A stretch of DNA of 63,816 nt, the filler included, from Deltaproteobacteria bacterium (GTDB lineage: Bacteria; JAEEML01), in assembly GCA_016283195.1 (NCBI GenBank). It is 8 parts of 8 records of this genome, joined end to end, with 100 filler letters (N's around TTAATTAATTAA, not from the genome) between each part and the next. Parts side by side here need not be neighbours in the genome. Positions count along the whole stretch, not along the records: positions 37,577 to 45,271 come from JAEEML010000110.1; positions 45,372 to 55,327 come from JAEEML010000111.1; 6 more parts are not named here. One strand, given 5' to 3'. Of the stretch, positions 39,016 through 47,987 are shown one piece after another (position 1 is the stretch's first letter; each line of letters opens with the position of its first letter). The notes below the pieces were generated by a model. The model was not told the origin of the DNA, searched no databases, and worked only from the letters and a program-made list of their open reading frames with translations. Both the position numbers and the translations under genes were made by a program.

Positions 39016-40677
39016 TTAGCTGTTTTTCTTTAAAGATTCCGGCATAATATCAGCAAGTTGTCCGAGTGTTTTATTTTGGTCGGCCAAATAATCAAGCGTG
39101 CCACTGCCCTCTTTCACCGCCTTCATGGAGAGGGAGATCTTTTGCTTTTTGGTGTCAACGGAAAGAATAGCGGCATCCACTTCCTGGCCGATGGTCAAAA
39201 AGGAGCTTATATCTTCTACTCTTTCTTCAGCTAGCTCGCTCACATGGCAAAGGCCGACAAAACCTGGCTCGATTTCCAAGAAAGCGCCAAAAGATTCAAT
39301 GCTTTTCACCTTGGCCGTTACTACGGAGCCGGGTTTGTTTTTAGCGGCAAAGACCTGCCAGGGATCTTCTGTAAGCTGCTTAAGCCCCAGCGAAAGACGC
39401 TCTTTTTCAAGATCAATAGCTAAAACCACCACTTCCAGCTCATCACCGGTTTTAAAGCGCTCACCAAGTACAATATTGCGCTCTGTCCAGGAAATGTCGC
39501 TGCGGTGCAAAAGGCCGGTGAGCCCATGCGGCACATCCACAAAAAGGCCAAATTCGGCGATATCTTTAATCACGCCTTTAACATGGCTATTCACAGGATA
39601 TTCCTTAGCAAATAATTCCCACGGATTAGGATCCACATGTTTTAAACTGAGCGACAAACGATGAGCCTTTTCATCTACTTCCAAAATATAAACTTTAACT
39701 TCGTCGCCAACAGCAAGAGCATCACTTGGTTTACTAATGCGCTTATTCCAGCTAAAAGTAGAAATGTGTGCCAGCCCCTCAACGCCGGGGAAAAGCTCAA
39801 TAAAAGCGCCATATTTGGTCAGAGAGCTCACCTTGCCTTTTAAAATCGCCCCCACCTTTAATTCTGCCTGCGCGGCTGCCCATGGGTCGGCGGAAAGCTG
39901 CTTTAAGCCTAAATTAACCTTTTGATTTTCTTCATCAATTTTTAGCACTTTTACCTTGAGCTTTTGGCCCACTGCCACTATATCGGCCACATTGGCCCGG
40001 CGGTCGTAACTCATGTCATTTATGTGCAAAAGGCCGCTGAAACCGCCAATATCCAAAAAAGCGCCATACTTTGTAATACTCTCCACAACGCCTTCCACCA
40101 CATCGCCCTCTTTTAATTTACTCAGCAATGCTTTTTGTGAAAGGCCGCGCTCAGCCGCCAAAATTGGCCGCCTACTCACAACAATTTGGCCCTTCTTCTC
40201 ATCCAATTTTGTAATAATAACGGCTACTTTTTTATCAACAACCGAGAGAGGATCACTTAATGGTTTTAAATCAACCTGGCTGTTTGGCAAAAAAGCTTTG
40301 GTGCCGATATCCACAGCATAGCCGCCTTTTATTTGCGCTACCACCACACCGGAGAGCTCTTTTTTTTCTGCAAAGGCCTCCTGCAAATCGCTCCAGAGTT
40401 TAAGGCGATCGGCCATGACTTTGGAGAGCAAAACTTTTTTATTTTCAGCATCAAGCTCCTCAATATAAAAGTTGAATGATTCTCCACTTTTAGGCGCATG
40501 AACAAACTGTTTCAATGAAACTTCTGCCGGAAATCCGGCGCCAAAATCCACCACCGCGAATTCATCTTTAAGCGCCGTAACTTTGCCTTTTACGGTGGCT
40601 CCGGCATTGAGGCCGGTAATAGGTTCGCTGGTGGCTGCTTCAACTTCTTCCTGAATTACCTGATTTGTGTTTTCCAT
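39016..40677 (-). CDS. rpsA: 30S ribosomal protein S1
   Basis: Six S1 repeats (YGAF.DIGG..GLLH, LGLKQL..DPW). Confidence 0.93.
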   Translation of the reverse strand: MENTNQVIQEEVEAATSEPITGLNAGATVKGKVTALKDEFAVVDFGAGFPAEVSLKQFVHAPKSGESFNFYIEELDAENKKVLLSKVMADRLKLWSDLQEAFAEKKELSGVVVAQIKGGYAVDIGTKAFLPNSQVDLKPLSDPLSVVDKKVAVIITKLDEKKGQIVVSRRPILAAERGLSQKALLSKLKEGDVVEGVVESITKYGAFLDIGGFSGLLHINDMSYDRRANVADIVAVGQKLKVKVLKIDEENQKVNLGLKQLSADPWAAAQAELKVGAILKGKVSSLTKYGAFIELFPGVEGLAHISTFSWNKRISKPSDALAVGDEVKVYILEVDEKAHRLSLSLKHVDPNPWELFAKEYPVNSHVKGVIKDIAEFGLFVDVPHGLTGLLHRSDISWTERNIVLGERFKTGDELEVVVLAIDLEKERLSLGLKQLTEDPWQVFAAKNKPGSVVTAKVKSIESFGAFLEIEPGFVGLCHVSELAEERVEDISSFLTIGQEVDAAILSVDTKKQKISLSMKAVKEGSGTLDYLADQNKTLGQLADIMPESLKKNS

Positions 40678-40832
40678 AAAAATCCTCACAAAATAGAATA
40701 GAACCCAATCAATGTGGGCGCGCTATTATAGGGTCTTTAAAAACTGGTTTGCAAGAGTTAGTGTAATTTATAGAAAAAAAGTTCCCCGGTTTTTAATGGC
40801 GGCGCCAAAAATTTTTTTAATTTTTTCAAAAC

Positions 40833-40867
40833 ACCTATTGACATAGTAGGTAAATAGGATTTATAAG
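40833..40867 (+). promoter_or_regulatory. cysK promoter with overlapping inverted repeat (candidate Rrf2/CymR-type operator)
   Basis: TTGACA(40838)-N18-TATAAG; ACCTATT-N5-AGTAGGT inverted repeat over the -35. Confidence 0.55.
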
Positions 40868-40917
40868 AGCGCTTGCTTGCCACGGTGGCAAGCCTAAAAC
40901 GATTATGGAGAATTAAA

Positions 40918-41850
40918 ATGGCTAATATTTTTAAAGCAGTTGATGAACTTATCGGGAAAACTCCTCTTCTGGAGGTTAGCAAAATTGAGAAAAAATTGGC
41001 TCTAAAGGCACGCGTTTTGGTAAAACTCGAGGCCTTTAACCCAGCCGGCTCGGTAAAAGACCGCATCGCCATGAACATGATAAACGAAGCCGAAAAGAGC
41101 GGCAAATTGGCTCCCGGCGGCACTATTATCGAGCCCACTTCCGGCAATACCGGCATCGGTCTCGCCATGGTAGCTGCCGCACGCGGCTATCGCCTCATTA
41201 TCGTTATGCCGGAAACCATGTCCATTGAGCGCCGCCAACTGGTAAAGGCTTACGGCGCCGAAGTAGTGCTTTCCGAAGGCGCCAAAGGCATGAAGGGCGC
41301 TATTGCCAAAGCCGAAGAACTTTCCAAAGAAATCCCCGGCAGCTTCATCGCCGGCCAATTTGTCAACCCGGCCAACCCGGCTATTCACCGGGCGACAACC
41401 GGCCCGGAAATCTTTGCCGATACCGACGGGGCGGTGGATATTTTTGTGGCCGGCGTAGGCACCGGCGGCACCATCACCGGCGTGGGCGAATATTTAAAGA
41501 GCCAAAAGCCCTCTATCAAAGTGGTGGCCGTTGAGCCCAAGAGCTCGGCTGTGCTCTCCACCGGCGTGGCCGGCGCGCACAAAATCCAGGGCATCGGCGC
41601 CGGCTTTGTCCCGGATGTTTTAAACACCAAGATTTATGATGAAATTATCCCTGTGGCCAACGAAGACGCCTTTGCCACCGGCAAACTTTTGGGCAAAACC
41701 GAGGGCTTTTTGGCCGGTATCTCCTCCGGCGCCGCCCTCTGGGCTGCTATTGAGCTAGCTAAGCGCCCGGAAAATGAAGGCAAAACCATTGTGGCTCTTT
41801 TGCCCGATAGCGGCGACCGCTACTTCTCCACTCCCCTCTTTGAGGGCTAA
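40918..41850 (+). CDS. cysK: Cysteine synthase A
   Basis: NPAGSVKDR (PLP Lys), PTSGNTG, GVGTGGT, HKIQGIG. Confidence 0.96.
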   Translation: MANIFKAVDELIGKTPLLEVSKIEKKLALKARVLVKLEAFNPAGSVKDRIAMNMINEAEKSGKLAPGGTIIEPTSGNTGIGLAMVAAARGYRLIIVMPETMSIERRQLVKAYGAEVVLSEGAKGMKGAIAKAEELSKEIPGSFIAGQFVNPANPAIHRATTGPEIFADTDGAVDIFVAGVGTGGTITGVGEYLKSQKPSIKVVAVEPKSSAVLSTGVAGAHKIQGIGAGFVPDVLNTKIYDEIIPVANEDAFATGKLLGKTEGFLAGISSGAALWAAIELAKRPENEGKTIVALLPDSGDRYFSTPLFEG

Positions 41851-42001
41851 AACAACTGCGCTTTCGGGCAACAAAAATAATTACCACCCTTTAAATCAAC
41901 TTTTAAGTCGGCATACCATTTGACAAATTCCTCCCTTTGGCTATATACTACGCGCTATGCACTCAAGATGATTGCATTTTTATTAAGCTTAAAAAGGAGT
42001 C

Positions 42002-42805
42002 TTGGTTTTGGAAGAGCAAGAGCCGAAAGTTGAGAATAACTTACCGCAATTATTTAGTTTTCAATATCAATTTGTGGCCAGTGCCGCTGAAGGCGGCTTT
42101 ATTGCCGAAGATCGCTATAGCCAAGGCCGCAAAGTCCATATCTGGCCTATAGAGTTCACCGCCAAGCCGGATCTCCTGGCCATGATTGATTTTCAAAGCG
42201 CCATATATGATTTTAGAGCTCAACAGCGTAAAGACGAGCCGGCACTTTTAGAAGTAAAAGAAGATAGCTTCAAAAGCCCGCCAATAATATATATTATTGA
42301 AGAATTTAAGGAAGATAGCCACCGCTTAGCCGAAAAACCTTTTTATAAGCTATTAACTAAACATTTGGGCCGCTGGCTAAGAGAAGCTGAGGAATCGGAG
42401 CAGAAAATAGCGTCTTTTGAGGTAGTTAACTCCGATTCGCCTGCTCCTATGGAGCCCCGCCAAGAAGCACCGGAGCCGATGGAAGCAGAGCCGCTAAAAG
42501 CCGCAGTGCCACAGCAACTGCCGGAGCCGCCGCTCTCCGCTCAGCCACCGGAGCCGGCCCAGAATTTTTCAGTGCCGCCAACAGAGCTTTCTTATGATGA
42601 GGAGCTGGAATTACCACCTTATTCTGAAAATAGCGCTGACGATGACCCTTTAATCGACAGCTTTAAACCGCCGCTGATAGTACGCCTGGTAGAAACCGTG
42701 CATGATATGGATGAACAGGGAAAAACGGCACTACCTCTCCTCATTTTCCCAGGAATCATTGTATTAATCTTTTTTGTAATGCTCTATGCCCATATATACG
42801 GCTAG
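42002..42805 (+). CDS. Hypothetical protein with Pro/Glu-rich linker and C-terminal TM
   Basis: AAGGAG SD with TTG start; C-terminal hydrophobic helix. Confidence 0.7.
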   Translation: MVLEEQEPKVENNLPQLFSFQYQFVASAAEGGFIAEDRYSQGRKVHIWPIEFTAKPDLLAMIDFQSAIYDFRAQQRKDEPALLEVKEDSFKSPPIIYIIEEFKEDSHRLAEKPFYKLLTKHLGRWLREAEESEQKIASFEVVNSDSPAPMEPRQEAPEPMEAEPLKAAVPQQLPEPPLSAQPPEPAQNFSVPPTELSYDEELELPPYSENSADDDPLIDSFKPPLIVRLVETVHDMDEQGKTALPLLIFPGIIVLIFFVMLYAHIYG

Positions 42806-44014
42806 TTATGGTTTACGCAAAAAAGCATAATATTCATGTCTTAGCGGGCGATAGCCGTTTTCTTTCATCGCTGCGTAGCGGTAGTTATAGGCCGCTTTTT
42901 TGTGGCTGCCGGTGGCAATATAGCGCATAGATTCCTGCATATAGCTATCTATCTTATGCAAACTGTCTGTCGTATTTATCACCGGAAAATACCAGCGGCA
43001 CCAGGTGAGCTCATTTTTTGTGGGGTTATCATAAAATTTGCGCTTAAAGTAGCGGATAAAAACGCGCACCGCCTGGTCACCCGTCGCCCCCTTTTTGCGC
43101 CGCCAGCGATAGATAGCGCGGGCCTTGCGCCGCACTTTGGCTTTTATTTTCTGCAAAGCAACCGCCGAAATATCAATAGTGCCGTTATGATAAAAAAAGC
43201 CTAAAAATTCCCAGCCTTCACCGGGGGCGCTGTGTTTTATTTTGCGCGGATTCAGCGTTAAGCCGCGCTCAGCCAAAAAGCTTTTTATAAATTCAAAATG
43301 GCCGTTAAGCTCCTCCGCCGTCGGCGCAAAAAGAATAATATCATCAGCATAACGGGCATAAGGTATTTTAAGCGCCCAAAAGTGTTCGTCCAGAGCCGCA
43401 AGATACAAATCGGCCAAAAAAGGCGAAAGCGGGCTACCGGCGATTATGCCCTTCTGCATGGCTTCCGGCCCACTCTGGGTTATTGCGTAAGGGTCGCGCA
43501 AAATAGCGGCCATAAAGTCATAAAGGCGATCCTCACCTTTAAGCACCTCTTGCAACATAGGCAAAAGCAAAGCAACATCCACAGAATTAAAATAATCGTG
43601 AATATCCAGCTTTAGGGCATACATGGCTCTTATGCGCGGCCGCTTTACCAAATAGCGCAGGGCATCTTTGGCGCTCTTGCCGCTGATAAAAGAATAGAGA
43701 TTTTTGGCAAAGAGGCTGTCGTAGCGGTGGAGCGCATGGCCGAAAAAGCGCAAGAGCTCATTTTCGGCCTGGGGAAAAGCAAAAACCGCCCGTTTGCGGT
43801 CGGTGCCCTTTTTGTTTAAAAGGATCCGCTCAGGGTGCGGGAAAGGCAGCCCGGCCGCTAAATTTTCCAAAATAGGCAGATACTGTTTTTCATCAATAAA
43901 CTTGCGCAGATAGCGTTCTTCGCGCTTAGTAAGATGGCCGCTATCCAGCACCTTATTGTAATATTCTTCCCAAGCTGCCGGGCTCCATGCCTGCTCATAT
44001 ATATCTTTTGGCAA
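42806..44014 (-). CDS. Stand-alone reverse transcriptase (group II-like)
   Basis: K....KR, YSF..G, KLDIHDYFNSV, GIIAGSPLSPFLA.LYL, YARYADD, GL.LN..K, EFLGF; GGAG SD before TTG. Confidence 0.92.
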   Translation of the reverse strand: MPKDIYEQAWSPAAWEEYYNKVLDSGHLTKREERYLRKFIDEKQYLPILENLAAGLPFPHPERILLNKKGTDRKRAVFAFPQAENELLRFFGHALHRYDSLFAKNLYSFISGKSAKDALRYLVKRPRIRAMYALKLDIHDYFNSVDVALLLPMLQEVLKGEDRLYDFMAAILRDPYAITQSGPEAMQKGIIAGSPLSPFLADLYLAALDEHFWALKIPYARYADDIILFAPTAEELNGHFEFIKSFLAERGLTLNPRKIKHSAPGEGWEFLGFFYHNGTIDISAVALQKIKAKVRRKARAIYRWRRKKGATGDQAVRVFIRYFKRKFYDNPTKNELTWCRWYFPVINTTDSLHKIDSYMQESMRYIATGSHKKAAYNYRYAAMKENGYRPLRHEYYAFLRKP

Positions 44015-44042
44015 TTCTCTTGCTCCAAATCACGCTTGCCCC

Positions 44043-44076
44043 AAAAAAACAAAAGCCCATGAAGTCATGGGCCTTT
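44043..44076 (-). terminator. Intrinsic terminator between the structured RNA and the RT gene
   Basis: AAAGGCCCATG-ACTT-CATGGGCTTTT hairpin followed by GTTTTTTT. Confidence 0.75.
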
Positions 44077-44079
44077 GCC

Positions 44080-44222
44080 AAAGCAGCGGAAATATTTAAA
44101 AGTTTTCCGAAATTCGGAAACCTGTACCGGGTGATACCAAATAGGCCACATGCACGGCCCGCCTTGTCGGCGCTTAGGTATTTAGCTGCACCCTCTGCAT
44201 GTGCATAAGCCTCCGCCGCTTT
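44080..44222 (-). ncRNA. Putative RT-associated structured ncRNA
   Basis: 11-bp closing stem AAAGCGGCGGA/TCCGCTGCTTT, internal 8-bp and 7-bp stems, and possible pseudoknot pairings; lies immediately 5' of the RT. Confidence 0.65.
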
Positions 44223-44224
44223 TA

Positions 44225-44707
44225 TCAAAGAAGAGCGTTTTTGATGCGGTCAGTTACAAAGCTCTCTTTATTTTCGTAAACATAATACATAGTTACATAT
44301 TTTACATTATGTTTTCTACAAACAATCGGAGCCTTTTTAGAAGCCTTATCCTTGGCAATAGCAATAGCCAAAACCGGCTGCCCGTCTTTTACGAGGAGAA
44401 AATCAAGGGGTTTAAAAAACTTGCTCGCTTCCGCATCAATCTCAGTCATGGGCACATTTTCGCGGAGGGTGTATTCAGCAAAATTGCGGGCAATAATTTC
44501 TTTAAAATAGGCATGATTGCGATGAAAATCCTTAGTGTAATCAATGCCGTTTATCATAACGCGCCCGTTTTCTATGGTAGCTTTGGGGAGAGATGGAGCC
44601 GGTTTATTGGCGGGAGCGCCAGCAGAAGAAGAGCCACCTTTTTTGCCTTTTGTAGCCGTGTAAATCACAAAAATAACAATCGCCGCAATTATAATTACTT
44701 TTACCAT
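44225..44707 (-). CDS. Membrane-anchored DUF2726-like protein
   Basis: N-terminal TM, Pro/Ser linker, NVPMTEI...PLDFLLVKDGQPVLAIAI...CRKHNVKYV pattern. Confidence 0.6.
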   Translation of the reverse strand: MVKVIIIAAIVIFVIYTATKGKKGGSSSAGAPANKPAPSLPKATIENGRVMINGIDYTKDFHRNHAYFKEIIARNFAEYTLRENVPMTEIDAEASKFFKPLDFLLVKDGQPVLAIAIAKDKASKKAPIVCRKHNVKYVTMYYVYENKESFVTDRIKNALL

Positions 44708-44748
44708 TTTCTGCCTCGGCAGCCAGTTTAGAAAAGCCGCAACTGAGT

Positions 44749-44777
44749 ATGATAAATGACACCGAAGTTATTGTCAA
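44749..44777 (-). promoter_or_regulatory. Sigma70 promoter for the DUF2726-like/ncRNA/RT cassette
   Basis: TTGACA-N17-TATCAT on the minus strand. Confidence 0.7.
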
Positions 44778-44896
44778 TCAACCATTTTGCCCACCCAAAA
44801 GTCTATACTAAGTAAGTGGGGGGCTGGCAGTAGCTTTCCCCTACGCCCTCGGCGGTGCTACAATCCATAACGCAGCTCACATCTCCCGCACCTTGC

Positions 44897-45034
44897 TCAG
44901 GGTAAACTCCGCTTCTTCCTCATTTGAGCCATATTTTTTCTAGCGGCCTGTGCGCTCTCATCAAAACCGCAAATCGACTTTAGATACTCATCGCGCCAGG
45001 ATTCCTTATATTCGATTAACTGGCTCTCTGGCAT
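44897..45034 (-). pseudogene. Truncated Schlafen/AlbA_2-domain gene remnant
   Basis: MPESQLIEYKESWRDEYLKSICGF then diverges and stops at 45 aa; GAGGAG SD. Confidence 0.75.
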
Positions 45035-45371
45035 TGTGCACTCCTCTCTTTTCCGCTACTGGCGGGAAAAGCCCACAACTTGTATTATCCGGCGGCGGCG
45101 CTTTTGGCTAGCTAAAAAGCCGGATGGGGGGCAGGAATTATGGAGGGATAGAACTGGCAGACGGTAGGCTGGCATTACCAAGACAACTATTGGATTTTAT
45201 TGGTATCTAACACTCCATGGTTTCGCCTTCATCTCTCTTTGCCCCTCACATTTCTCGCAACTTGCACTCTANNNNNNNNNNNNNNNNNNNNNNNNNNNNN
45301 NNNNNNNNNNNNNNNTTAATTAATTAANNNNNNNNNNNNNNNNNNNNNNNNNNNNNNNNNNNNNNNNNNNN

Positions 45372-46457
45372 AGAGGCAAAATTTCTGGGATTCATCATAA
45401 CATCGCCGCTCCTCGCTTTACAGCGGACCCATTTGCCGTTTTCGCCGCATTTTTGCATACCGGCTCGGCAATAAGCTGAGCCCTTGTCATCATATTTGCG
45501 GGTGGCGCGTCTTTCGCGTTCGGCTATTTGCATTGTACCGCCATTATTGGCTATGTAATTTTCACGGTAAATAAGCTGGCTTTGATCTTGGCTTACTACG
45601 TTATTCCAGCAAAAGCGCTCTTCGCCGTTTTGACAATCGCAACCGTCGTCAACGGAACCATTACAATCATCGTCTATGCCGTTATTGCAAATCTCTTCTT
45701 CATTGCGCTCAACATAACCGCGGCACTCGTTTTCCCATTCTTGATTTTCATTGCATCTTTGGAAGCCTAAAATACATTTGCCAATGCCGGCTTGGGCTTC
45801 ATGCTCTTTGGGATAGCATGGGCGGTAGGAACCGGTGGTGCATTTACAGCCTTCGTCAATGACATCATTACAGTTTTCATCAATGCTGGGTGAATTTTCT
45901 TTGGTACATATTTCTTTGACGAAAGGATTTATTGCATAGTTTTGCTCATTGCAGTCATTAAGCGCATAATCGGCAGATTCTTTAGCCATACCAACAGAAA
46001 AGCAGTCTTCATCGCCATCGGGATAATCGTCGATGCTGCGAATTGTGATGGTCACTTCGGTGGTGAGGCCGGGGATGAAATTGGCGATGGCTACGCCTTG
46101 CATGAGCACATCTTGTTTGCCCATATAGCCGCGGGCGCAAATAGCTACTTTGCCGGCCATTTCTTTACTGGGTGCTAGTTCAAGCAATATCGGGTCGTTT
46201 GACAAATCGCGGCCATAGACATCCAGAGTAGGGCGCATATTGTCGTTTGTTTTTTCAAAAAAAACAGCTTTTTTGAAACTTTCTGAACTATCGTCCATGC
46301 GGCGAACACCCAGGCGTAGCTGCATCATGTTATCCGGCGGCGGAGTCTCGGCTTTTATTTTTAAGGTGATGGTTGTTGGCGGTTCTTTGGATTTACAGGA
46401 AGTGAGAGAAAAGCTAAGAGCAAGTAAGAGAGCAAAAACAGCAGAATAATGTCTCAT
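45372..46457 (-). CDS. Cys-rich lipoprotein with putative metal-binding (MopE-related) repeats, 3'-truncated
   Basis: Lipobox LTSC; DCNE....INP...EIC...IDENCN..IDEG and EICNNGIDDDCNG.VDDG. Confidence 0.8.
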
Positions 46458-46653
46458 GCGAAAACTCCCGCCAACCGGCGGCACACAGCCAAGCCGGTGA
46501 GTAATACGGAACAAGAGGGGCAACAACTGCACCGACCGCCTATTATAAATGGATAAAAGTCGTTTGTCGAGATACTTTAGCACTCTTGAAAGCAGATGGC
46601 TAAATGAATTAAATAACCCGGTGGATGGTTGAACCAACCGAAAGGAGTTTATA

Positions 46654-47982
46654 GTGAGAAGAATCAAAAAAGCAGTTTTAGTCGGTACTCTCGGTTTATT
46701 CTTCTGCGGCGGCGCTTATGGCTGCGGCGGCAAGGTGGCATCGGCCCAGGGCGGCGAGGTGGCGGCCGGTCCCAGGGAGGCAGGTGGTAAGGCCTATTAT
46801 GGCAAAGGAAAAGGCGGCAGGGGGCAAGCGCTAAAAGCGGTGGCGCTGGAAAAGGCCACTTTAGTGGAAAGTGTGCCGCTGGAAACTGAGGCGGTTTTAG
46901 ATCATCAAAATATTGATAATGCCGCGGAATTATGGCCAAAATTAGTGAAAAGTGCAGAAAAGAGCATCGATTGGGCTATGTTTTATGCCTCCGAGAAAAA
47001 GGGAGCGGCATTGACCCCGGTGGTGGAAGGGCTGTTGGCAGCGGCCGCCAAAGGGGTAAAGGTGCGCATAGTGGCCGATGCCTCTTTTTATAAAACTTAC
47101 CCGGAAACCCTGAATAGATTTGCCGCGGCCGGGGTGGAGGTGCACAAATGGGATGTAAAGAGTGCCACTAAAGGGGTGATGCATGCCAAGTATTTCATTG
47201 TTGATGGCAAAATAGCTTATATCGGTAGTCAGAATTTTGATTATCGTTCGCTGGAGCATGTCTATGAAACCGGCATCTTGCTGGAAAACGAGGAAATTGC
47301 CGCGCGGCTCACCGGCCTTTTTGAGCAGGATATTCGCGTAGCCGAAGATCCGAAACTGGAGCTCCCCAAAGTGCGCTGTCCCAAAGCAGAGTGGCTGGAA
47401 GAGGTGCCGCTGCAAGTTGAACTAACCTCAACACCAACTCGCTGGCAGACGGAAGAGACTCTCTGCGAGCGCCAGGAAATAGTAAATCTTATCGGCAAAG
47501 CCAAAGACGCCATAAGAATACAAGTGCTGCATTATTCGCCGGTTAGCCGTACCGGCAGGGATTATTTCGGCGATTTTGATGAGGTGTTGCGGCGGGCGGC
47601 GGCACGCGGAGTAAAAGTAGAACTTTTGGTTTCGGATTGGGGAGTGCGGGCGCCGGCTATCGAATGGCTCAAGAGTTTGAGCTTAATACCCGGTATTACA
47701 GTGAAAATTATTTCCATTCCAGCACATTCCGGCGGTTTTATCGACCACGCCAGGGTGGCCCACTCCAAATATATGACGATTGATAATCGTTGGTCTTGGG
47801 TGGGTTCAAGCAACTGGGAGAAAAATTATTTTACCGCTTCGCGCAATGTGGGAGTTATTGTGCGCGGAGTGCGTTTTACTCAGCAATTATCCGGAATGTT
47901 TGATAAAATTTGGAACAGTGAATATACTGAAGAACTAGATGTTACTAAGAATTATATCCCGCCGCGCACCACTGCCGAATAA
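46654..47982 (+). CDS. Phospholipase D superfamily lipoprotein (two HKD motifs)
   Basis: HAKYFIVD...GSQN and HSKYMTID...GSSN. Confidence 0.9.
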   Translation: MRRIKKAVLVGTLGLFFCGGAYGCGGKVASAQGGEVAAGPREAGGKAYYGKGKGGRGQALKAVALEKATLVESVPLETEAVLDHQNIDNAAELWPKLVKSAEKSIDWAMFYASEKKGAALTPVVEGLLAAAAKGVKVRIVADASFYKTYPETLNRFAAAGVEVHKWDVKSATKGVMHAKYFIVDGKIAYIGSQNFDYRSLEHVYETGILLENEEIAARLTGLFEQDIRVAEDPKLELPKVRCPKAEWLEEVPLQVELTSTPTRWQTEETLCERQEIVNLIGKAKDAIRIQVLHYSPVSRTGRDYFGDFDEVLRRAAARGVKVELLVSDWGVRAPAIEWLKSLSLIPGITVKIISIPAHSGGFIDHARVAHSKYMTIDNRWSWVGSSNWEKNYFTASRNVGVIVRGVRFTQQLSGMFDKIWNSEYTEELDVTKNYIPPRTTAE

Positions 47983-47987
47983 ATGAT

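Noticed and set aside
42806-44014. RT as a group II intron-encoded protein
   Set aside because: It abuts a convergent gene with no room for intron domains V/VI, has only about 210 nt upstream, and no GUGYG...AY boundaries were recognised.
43995-44228. 77-aa ORF spanning the RT upstream region
   Set aside because: TTG start without an SD, runs through a terminator, and has no protein-like motifs; an RNA explains the region better, though the ORF is not formally excluded.
42002-45271. Diversity-generating retroelement
   Set aside because: No TR/VR repeat pair differing at adenines was seen on this contig, there is no avd-like gene, and the RT has SP rather than the DGR SQ motif. A remote target cannot be excluded.
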